DNA from: an uncultured Chitinophaga sp.
Lineage (GTDB): Bacteria > Bacteroidota > Bacteroidia > Chitinophagales > Chitinophagaceae
Length of the DNA: 64,000 nt
Assembly: GCA_964453625.1 (NCBI GenBank)
Contig: CAYVSH010000001.1
Location: forward strand, 6,080 to 70,079
Reading direction: 5' to 3'
Shown: piece by piece, positions 56,939 to 64,000 of the stretch
Numbering within the stretch: position 1 is the stretch's first letter
Layout of the letters: the number at the start of each line of letters is the position of its first letter
The notes under the pieces: model-generated
Databases searched by the model: none
What the model saw: the letters and a program-made list of their open reading frames with translations, nothing else
What the model was told of the DNA's origin: nothing
Program-made: the position numbers and the translations under genes

Positions 56939-57493
56939 ATGTCCCTGACAACTACAAGTGATAGTGAACTACTGGCCCAATTCCGTAATCCAATTACGAA
57001 AGAAAAAGCCTACACCGCACTTATCAAAAAATACCAGGAGAAACTTTACTGGCATATCCGCCGGATGGTGGTAGAGCATGAAGATGCCAATGATGTGTTG
57101 CAAAATGTGCTGATCCGTGTATGGAACGGTCTTGAAAAATTCAGGGAAGATAGCCAGCTATACACCTGGCTTTACCGGATAGCCACAAATGAAAGCCTGA
57201 CCTACCTGGAGCAACAAAAGAAAAAATCGGCAGTAAGTCTAAGTGATGTGGAAAGCGGCCTGAGCAACAAAATAAAGGCTGACCGACACTTTGATGCCAA
57301 TAAACTCGAATGGAAACTACAATTAGCTATTCAACAACTTCCTGAAAAACAGCGGGTTGTTTTCAGTCTCCGATATTATGACGAAATGCCATACGAAGAA
57401 ATGAGCCGGGTGCTGGAAACCAGTGAGGGTGCTTTAAAAGCCAGTTATCACCATGCTGTCAAAAAAATAGAGGATTATATGCTAAATCATTAA
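56939..57493 (+). CDS. ECF RNA polymerase sigma-70 factor
   Basis: DANDVLQ, LYTWLYRIATNE, LPEKQR.VF.LRY, SEGALKASYHHA. Confidence 0.95.
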   Translation: MSLTTTSDSELLAQFRNPITKEKAYTALIKKYQEKLYWHIRRMVVEHEDANDVLQNVLIRVWNGLEKFREDSQLYTWLYRIATNESLTYLEQQKKKSAVSLSDVESGLSNKIKADRHFDANKLEWKLQLAIQQLPEKQRVVFSLRYYDEMPYEEMSRVLETSEGALKASYHHAVKKIEDYMLNH

Positions 57494-57528
57494 ACTTTGA
57501 GGGGCAATCCCTATCTTATAACCGTTAA

Positions 57529-58290
57529 ATGACCCAGAAAGACAACATATTAGAGGAATTAAAGGAGCTAAACAGCAATCTTATTAACCTGCAGCAGAAT
57601 GTTTATGCTGTTCCGGCAGGTTATTTTGATGGATTGGCTGAACAGGTTTTAGGCCGCATCAAAGCACTTGAAGCCGCAGAAAATGTTCATTCAACTTATC
57701 TGGACAGTTTTTCTAAAGAGATCCCTTACAGTGTTCCTGCAGGTTATTTTGAGAATCTTGCAGAAAATATGTTGCAAAAAATCCGTGAAGGCAATGATCA
57801 TCAAACGGCCCAGGAAGAAATAGCAACGCTATCACCTCTTTTAAGCGGTTTGAAGAAACAAATGCCATACACTGTTCCCGCAGGATATTTTGAAAACCTT
57901 AGTGAAAAGATTATTGCTGACGAAAATAGACCTGCTGCAAAAGTTATTTCATTCAACAGCCGGATATGGATTCGCTATGCAGCGGCTGCAGTTGTTACCG
58001 GCATTATTGTTCTTGCAGGTTTCTTGTTCTTTGGAAATAATGGTACTGATGAACCAGGCAGTAAGATCATGGCAAAGATCAGTCGTGATGTTAAAAAAAT
58101 GAATGCTGAAGAACAGGATGATCTGATTGATTTTATTGATGCTGGCATGAATGGTAAAGAAACCGCACAAGAAAAAAACACAAATAAATCTGCTGAGATA
58201 CAAGACCTGTTAAAAGGAGTTTCTGATGAAGAGTTACTGGACTTTCAGCAACAATCTGAAGACATACAAGCAGTTTTATTGGTTAACTAA
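57529..58290 (+). CDS. Single-TM putative anti-sigma factor with three Y.VPAGYF(D/E).L repeats
   Basis: Directly after the sigma gene; YAVPAGYFDGL, YSVPAGYFENL, YTVPAGYFENL; TM YAAAAVVTGIIVLAGFLFF. Confidence 0.7.
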   Translation: MTQKDNILEELKELNSNLINLQQNVYAVPAGYFDGLAEQVLGRIKALEAAENVHSTYLDSFSKEIPYSVPAGYFENLAENMLQKIREGNDHQTAQEEIATLSPLLSGLKKQMPYTVPAGYFENLSEKIIADENRPAAKVISFNSRIWIRYAAAAVVTGIIVLAGFLFFGNNGTDEPGSKIMAKISRDVKKMNAEEQDDLIDFIDAGMNGKETAQEKNTNKSAEIQDLLKGVSDEELLDFQQQSEDIQAVLLVN

Positions 58291-58296
58291 ATTGAC

Positions 58297-58722
58297 ATGA
58301 AAAAGTGGATATACATATTATTTTTATTCCTGTTGCCATCGTTCGCAGCAATTTCCCAGGATGAAGATCCCGGGGAAGAGAATGGAAAGATCGCAGTGCG
58401 GATGACGGAGTATATCCAAAAGAACCTTGGATTATCTAAAAGTGAAGCACAACGCTTCAGCCCTGTATTTCTCCGTTACTTCCGTGATTTTGCACAAACA
58501 CACCGTCAGAATAAAGGCGACAGGCTTGTATTGCAGCAAAAGATTATAGAATTGCGTTTACGGTATCGTGGAGAATTCAAACAGATCATGGATGAACAAA
58601 GAGCCAATAAAGTATTTCAATACGAAGATAAATTCAGGCAGGAAGTGATAAGGATCATTAAAGAAAACCGAAGAGACAGAGTTCCTCCAAGAAGAACAAG
58701 AGCTATACTGATCAGGGACTAA
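58297..58722 (+). CDS. Exported helical protein (Spy/CpxP-like), third gene of the ECF operon
   Basis: Signal peptide; LGLSKSEAQRF.P.F..Y; basic helical body. Confidence 0.65.
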   Translation: MKKWIYILFLFLLPSFAAISQDEDPGEENGKIAVRMTEYIQKNLGLSKSEAQRFSPVFLRYFRDFAQTHRQNKGDRLVLQQKIIELRLRYRGEFKQIMDEQRANKVFQYEDKFRQEVIRIIKENRRDRVPPRRTRAILIRD

Positions 58723-58745
58723 AAACCTCATATAAATAAATCAGG

Positions 58746-58774
58746 GCGGTTTTGCTTTTAGCAAAACCGCTTTT
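58746..58774 (+). terminator. Intrinsic terminator
   Basis: GCGGTTTTGCT-TTT-AGCAAAACCGC-TTTT. Confidence 0.85.
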
Positions 58775-58819
58775 ATATTTTACAACTTTAGGTGTAACTT
58801 GTTCGTAAGAAATTATTGA

Positions 58820-60364
58820 ATGAGATTATTGCTTGTTTTTTTGCTTGTCTCTGTTTGTTCATTTTCCCAGCAACGCCCAAATATCATTTACATAATGAGT
58901 GATGACCATGATGCAGATGCCATCAGTGCTTACAGCAAGCATTTAATTTCTACTCCGAATATTGACCGCATTGCCAAAGATGGAATAAAATTTACTAAAG
59001 CTTTTGTAGGAAACTCTATCTGTTCACCGTCAAGAGCAACGCTGCTGACAGGACAACATTCACACAAAAGTGGTGTGAAGGATAACAGGAATCGTTTTGA
59101 TTCATCAAGAATATCTATGCCAACACTTTTGCAGCAGGCCGGGTATCAAACAGCAGTTATTGGCAAATGGCATCTTCACTCCTATCCTGCTGGTTTTGAT
59201 TACTGGAAAATACTACCGGGACAAGGATTGTATGTGAACCCTAGACTTATTGAAATGACCGGTGATACCATCACACAACAAGGATATGCCACTGATATTA
59301 TTACTGACGAAACTATAAAGTGGCTGGAACAAAGAGACAGGTCAAAGCCATTTGTATTATTGCTTCATCACAAAGCACCACACCGCTACTTTTTCCCCAA
59401 ACTGAAATACCTGGAAGAATATCACACCAAAACATTTCCTGAACCTGCTACCTTATATGCTGATACGATGAATAAAGGTAGTGCATGGAACATACAAACA
59501 ATGAGCATATTGAGGGATATGGAGCTTTGCAGTGACTTAAAAGTTGATCCGGCTTTTCTTATTGACATTCCAGAATACAAACCGGATTCTATACAGATAG
59601 TTTATTACAATGCTATTCTGAACAGGGTTCCGGCAGATCAAAGAAACCGATATAAAGAAATTTATGCGCAAAGAGGAAAGCTGGTACAACAATTAAGACC
59701 TAAAGGGAATGACCTCTTGAAATACAAATACCAATGGTACATGCAGGATTACCTGGCATGTGTTGCTTCTATTGATGAAAATGTGGGGCGAATACTTGAT
59801 CATCTTGAACAACAAAAAATTTCGGATAATACTGCTGTTATGTACACCAGCGACCAGGGATTTTATCTTGGTGAAAATGGCTGGTTTGATAAACGATTTG
59901 CTTATGATGTTTCAATGCAAACTCCTCTATTGATAAAATGGCCGGGAAAGATAAAAGCAGGTTCTGTAAGTACTATATTGACTCAAAATATTGACAATGC
60001 GCCAACCATGCTTGAGATTGCCGGACTTCAGGTTCCCGAATGGATGCATGGATTAAGTTTAAAACCTGTGCTTACGGGCAAACAAAAACAATTGAACCGG
60101 AAATATCTTTACTATCATTATTATGAATTTGTAAGAGACCATACAGTTATTCCGCACCTTGCTATTCGTGGGGAAAGGTATAAACTGATCTATTTTTATA
60201 CTGTAAATGAATGGGAGCTTTATGATCTGAAAACCGATGCCGGTGAACAGCGGAACTTAATATTGAATCCTGCCTATGACAAGTTAATAGCTGATCTGAA
60301 AAAAGAATTATTAAAACTCCGTGACCAGTATGATGATCATGAGCCTGCCGGAGAATTTCATTGA
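58820..60364 (+). CDS. Formylglycine-dependent sulfatase (S1), with DUF4976-like C-terminus
   Basis: PNIIYIMSDDH, CSPSRATLLTG (CxPxR), GKWHL, TSDQG, ELYDL. Confidence 0.95.
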   Translation: MRLLLVFLLVSVCSFSQQRPNIIYIMSDDHDADAISAYSKHLISTPNIDRIAKDGIKFTKAFVGNSICSPSRATLLTGQHSHKSGVKDNRNRFDSSRISMPTLLQQAGYQTAVIGKWHLHSYPAGFDYWKILPGQGLYVNPRLIEMTGDTITQQGYATDIITDETIKWLEQRDRSKPFVLLLHHKAPHRYFFPKLKYLEEYHTKTFPEPATLYADTMNKGSAWNIQTMSILRDMELCSDLKVDPAFLIDIPEYKPDSIQIVYYNAILNRVPADQRNRYKEIYAQRGKLVQQLRPKGNDLLKYKYQWYMQDYLACVASIDENVGRILDHLEQQKISDNTAVMYTSDQGFYLGENGWFDKRFAYDVSMQTPLLIKWPGKIKAGSVSTILTQNIDNAPTMLEIAGLQVPEWMHGLSLKPVLTGKQKQLNRKYLYYHYYEFVRDHTVIPHLAIRGERYKLIYFYTVNEWELYDLKTDAGEQRNLILNPAYDKLIADLKKELLKLRDQYDDHEPAGEFH

Positions 60365-61176
60365 TATTTTTTACTTAACTGGTAAAGCACTTTCTTTTGT
60401 TCTATATTCAACCCTTTTGTTGTATCCTGCAACCAATGTCTTTTAAATCCAACTATAGCAGCCGTGGTGTCTTTTATATCAAACCCAATAATGCGCAACG
60501 CCTGCAAGTGATTAAAATTTGCCGGCAATGTAACATTTTCAGGATCATCATACCAATACCCAAAACCTTTTTCAGCTAAAGTTTTCCATGGAAACCGCCA
60601 GTTGGGATCATTCTTTCTGGTTGGGGCAATATCTCCATGACCTATAAAATTAGAAGAAGGAATGCTATAGGCTTTCTTAAGGCGATCCAGTAATTTAAGT
60701 AAGCTGTTCATTTGAGCTTCTGCAAATGGTTCAAAGCCGTTATTGTCCAGTTCAATACCGATACTTGATGAATTGAGATCAGTAGTATTGCCCCATTTAC
60801 TTACGCCGGCATGATGAGCCCTCAATAAATCGTTCAGCATATGATGCACCGTTCCATCCTTGCAAATAACATAATGAGCACTTACCTGAGTCCTGGGAAG
60901 GGTAAATGTCTGCAATGTTTGCTCGCAACTGTTTTGTGCTGTATGATGGATAATGACAAAATTGGCCCGACGCATTGAAAGATTGGTGGTACCCACCCAA
61001 TCAGCTGCATATGGCAACCCCGCAGAATCCTTCACGGGATATTCCATTAATATTTTAGCATAAGCTTTTACCTGCTGTTTATAAGATTTATTGGTTACAG
61101 CATATTTTGATTGAGAACAGCTATAAATAATGAACAGGAAGAATGAAATAAGAAAAAAAGTATAGCTACGTTTCAT
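60358..61176 (-). CDS. N-acetylmuramoyl-L-alanine amidase (Amidase_2, AmiD-like lipoprotein)
   Basis: Lipobox YSC, IIHHT, SAHYVI, AHHAG, SIGIEL, GHGDIAPTRK.DP. Confidence 0.93.
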   Translation of the reverse strand: MKRSYTFFLISFFLFIIYSCSQSKYAVTNKSYKQQVKAYAKILMEYPVKDSAGLPYAADWVGTTNLSMRRANFVIIHHTAQNSCEQTLQTFTLPRTQVSAHYVICKDGTVHHMLNDLLRAHHAGVSKWGNTTDLNSSSIGIELDNNGFEPFAEAQMNSLLKLLDRLKKAYSIPSSNFIGHGDIAPTRKNDPNWRFPWKTLAEKGFGYWYDDPENVTLPANFNHLQALRIIGFDIKDTTAAIVGFKRHWLQDTTKGLNIEQKKVLYQLSKKYQ

Positions 61177-61214
61177 GCAATGAAATTATAGTACTAAAGT
61201 ATAGAAGAATCGTG

Positions 61215-62435
61215 TCACTTTCTCTTTGGAGCTCCCCTGTAAAATCTCTTTTGTGGTCTTCGGTTTCCTGATCCAGATCTTACCCTTGGATGATAAGAGG
61301 GTGCTGCTCCAAGCTCTTTTGGCACTTCAACTTTTTCCACTTCTTTACCAAGTAATTGTTCAATAGCTGCAAAACGGTTGTGTTCTTTCTCGCCAATCAA
61401 CGTAAATGCTGCTCCATCAGCCTCTGCTCTTGCCGTTCTTCCAATTCGATGTACATAATCTTCACCATCGCCTGGCACATCATAGTTTATCACAACATCT
61501 ATTGTATCAATATCAATGCCCCGGCTAAGAATATCTGTTGCAACCATCACCGGTATTCTGCCAGCAGTAAATGCACCTAATACTTTTTCTCTTTCTGCCT
61601 GTTCCAGATCACTGTGTATTTCAGCAACATTAACTCCGCCATGTTTTAACTCCCTAGTCAATTGTTTTACCGTTTGTTTGCGGCTGCAAAAGATCAAGGC
61701 ATTTTTATATGGCGTTTCCTTTAATATTTTTTTTATCAGTGGCAATTTTTGTGGCTCATATACAACGTATGCCTTTTGAATTATCTTCTCCGGTGGTTTT
61801 GAGATAGCGATGTTTATTTCTACCGGCTCATGCAATATCTTTCTTGCCAGTTCCCTGATCTTTGCCGGCATGGTTGCAGAGAATAGAAGATTCTGCCGTT
61901 TAGGTGGCAGTGCTTTTATGATCTTATTGATATCATCCTGAAAACCCATATCCAGCATCCTGTCTGCCTCATCCAATACCAGGAACTGTAATCCTTTCAT
62001 GTTCACATATCCCATATTAAGGTGTGCAATCATGCGGCCGGGTGTACACACAATAATATCGGCACCCATCTGCAAAGCTTTTTTCTCTGCGACAAAATTC
62101 TGTGCATCGTTACCACCGTATATTGCTATAGAACTCAGATGGGTAAAATAAGAAAGTCCTTCAATATGTTGTGCTATCTGGATGGCCAGTTCCCTTGTTG
62201 GCACTACGATCAATGCCCCTACCTGTCCGTCTACATGATTTGATAAAATACGATTCATTACCGGTAATAAAAAAGCAGCAGTCTTACCTGTACCGGTTTG
62301 CGCTGAAGCAATAATATCTTTTCCTGCCAGTATGGATGGAATGACCTGTTCCTGTACAGGAGTGGCATTCTCATAATTAGACGCCTCTATTCCTTCGAGA
62401 AGATTGGGATGAAAATCAAATTCTGTAAAACGCAA
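61215..62435 (-). CDS. DEAD-box RNA helicase (RhlE-like)
   Basis: AQTGTGKT, PTRELA, TPGR, DEAD, SAT, HRIGRT. Confidence 0.97.
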   Translation of the reverse strand: MRFTEFDFHPNLLEGIEASNYENATPVQEQVIPSILAGKDIIASAQTGTGKTAAFLLPVMNRILSNHVDGQVGALIVVPTRELAIQIAQHIEGLSYFTHLSSIAIYGGNDAQNFVAEKKALQMGADIIVCTPGRMIAHLNMGYVNMKGLQFLVLDEADRMLDMGFQDDINKIIKALPPKRQNLLFSATMPAKIRELARKILHEPVEINIAISKPPEKIIQKAYVVYEPQKLPLIKKILKETPYKNALIFCSRKQTVKQLTRELKHGGVNVAEIHSDLEQAEREKVLGAFTAGRIPVMVATDILSRGIDIDTIDVVINYDVPGDGEDYVHRIGRTARAEADGAAFTLIGEKEHNRFAAIEQLLGKEVEKVEVPKELGAAPSYHPRVRSGSGNRRPQKRFYRGAPKRK

Positions 62436-62562
62436 AACGAATGTTTTTTAAAAGAAGCGAAGATAATTGAAATAAGATGGAGTAATGTAAACAGTTTAAA
62501 GCTAAAATGAACAATCAGTCTCCTGAAAAGATGCAGTTTCTTCATTTCACAATAAATATCTG

Positions 62563-64000
62563 TTACTCCATTATTTGCTCAATCCTGGTAAGTTGTCCAT
62601 CCAATGTCATTCCTTCAATAATAACCCTGAAGGCCTTTGTAATATCATTATTATAAAAAGTAAGTTTTACTTTATTCTTTTCCGGAGTTGTTATCACCTG
62701 TGGATTCCAGTATAGTGTAGTCCGCAGATCAGCTTTTTCATTTGCAGCAACAAAGCTGCTGTAGTTGGGTGAATAAAACTGTCGTATAAATGAATAGCCA
62801 CTCACCGTATTATTATCAAGACCTTGTCCGGGTTCAAACTTTATATCGTTGCCCTTTCTTGTATAAATGGCTATGGCACCACCGCTGCCGCCACCAGGAG
62901 CACCAAAGAATGGCGGCCTGAATACTTTTACATAAGCAATATTGTTTACACTTATTGAAGAAATAAAATCTGCATCAATCTGTACTTCATCTAAGAAAAG
63001 TGCAACATTGCTTCCCCGCCAGGTAATGGAAGGAGATTGTGAAGGATTAGAAATTACCAGCCCTGCTACTTTCCCTTGCAGATAAGAAAAAATATTAGGT
63101 GCAGTAGCTGCAAATTTATCATTCACAAGATCAAACTGCTGTCCGTCTCCAATAAACAATCCGGAAGTATATTTCTCATCCAATAATTGCACCGGGGATT
63201 TTGTTTTTGCTTTTATCAATACATTCTCCAGCAGTTTTCCTTCTGTTTCCTGCAATATTCTTTTTACTTCGTCTGAAAAATAAAAATGCCTTGCCAATCC
63301 TGACGTATCGCCTGATTGATTATAGAAAAAACCATTTGCTGTTAATCTGTGCCGGTAAGGCGGAAGTAAGTTTTCCATAAATCTTACTGACGCACCTTTA
63401 ACTCCTTTCGAAAGCTGGTAATATATTTTAGCTGTATCAAATACAATAGCATCAGGCTCAACAAATGTGCCATCTGGATTTATAGGTATAGTAAGTACCT
63501 GGTTTCCTTCTTTAGATTTTTGACTTATTAATAAGATGATAAATGGATTTGCCCTCAACTCTGTAGGTGATGCACCATATAATTTACCAGATAAACTAAG
63601 GTAGCTTGTGTCTTTTGGAAAACTGATCTTAGGCAAAGTCCCTTTCACTACATCATCCCATTTAAAACGCCGCCATCCATGAGTGAGCATCACCAGGTCA
63701 AGATGCTGGGCGATAGTATTATTATTTGCCGAAAAATAATAAGACGGATTAAACACTTGTCCTTTCAGGTCGCTTGTCAAAAGCAGGTTGGAAATTATAT
63801 TATTACTACTATCCGTATCAATAGCGAAATCCGTTACAGCAACAGAGAAGTTGGCATACAAGCTATCTGGAACTGCAATTTCAATTTCATTCCGGGCCCT
63901 TTTATTTAATCCCCAATGCAATACGTTCATTTCAGCAGTAAATCTATATTCATCATTATTTACATAAGTGATCCTTTCTGCAATGGGTTTCCAGTTATTA
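62563..64000 (-). CDS. Large hypothetical protein, 5'-truncated by the window edge; MG2-like region and TonB-plug-like C-terminal region
   Basis: Frame stays open upstream of ATG 63930 to base 64000 (NNWKPIAERITYVN...); LLTSDLKG....PSYYF, LDLVMLTHGWRRF, GGAIAIYTRKG, RTTLYWNP. Confidence 0.75.
   Translation of the reverse strand, partial: NNWKPIAERITYVNNDEYRFTAEMNVLHWGLNKRARNEIEIAVPDSLYANFSVAVTDFAIDTDSSNNIISNLLLTSDLKGQVFNPSYYFSANNNTIAQHLDLVMLTHGWRRFKWDDVVKGTLPKISFPKDTSYLSLSGKLYGASPTELRANPFIILLISQKSKEGNQVLTIPINPDGTFVEPDAIVFDTAKIYYQLSKGVKGASVRFMENLLPPYRHRLTANGFFYNQSGDTSGLARHFYFSDEVKRILQETEGKLLENVLIKAKTKSPVQLLDEKYTSGLFIGDGQQFDLVNDKFAATAPNIFSYLQGKVAGLVISNPSQSPSITWRGSNVALFLDEVQIDADFISSISVNNIAYVKVFRPPFFGAPGGGSGGAIAIYTRKGNDIKFEPGQGLDNNTVSGYSFIRQFYSPNYSSFVAANEKADLRTTLYWNPQVITTPEKNKVKLTFYNNDITKAFRVIIEGMTLDGQLTRIEQIME

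Overview
Chromosomal window from a Bacteroidota genome, most like Chitinophagaceae. This is inferred from T9SS type-A C-terminal domains, TAnnTTTG -7 promoter boxes and an N-terminally extended AtpB. In order, it holds: (1) five tandem T9SS-secreted proteins (1-15.2 kb), ending in a purple acid phosphatase divergent from a MauG-type di-heme enzyme; (2) pdxA, an ABC transporter plus LolA-like operon, and a TonB receptor/membrane-protein/wHTH operon; (3) two tandem T9SS paralogs with diverged coding regions but near-identical promoter/leader and terminator blocks; (4) atpBEFHA with no adjacent atpG; (5) an MsbA-like exporter and a 755-aa exported protein with a clan-CD-like His/Cys dyad; (6) a ~14 kb phosphate-acquisition cluster: PhoB/PhoR-like pair, two PiT transporters, DUF47, OprO/P-like porin, TonB receptor plus beta-helix lipoprotein, and four 11-bp-periodic TAACA (Pho-box-like) arrays; (7) galE, a four-helix-bundle gene flanked by inverted heptamer arrays (an ORF-less version lies at 40.6 kb), transketolase C-half, an ECF sigma operon, sulfatase, amidase, DEAD-box helicase and a truncated large gene. 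No rRNA, tRNA, CRISPR array, transposase or integrase was seen. All calls are by eye; no searches were run.
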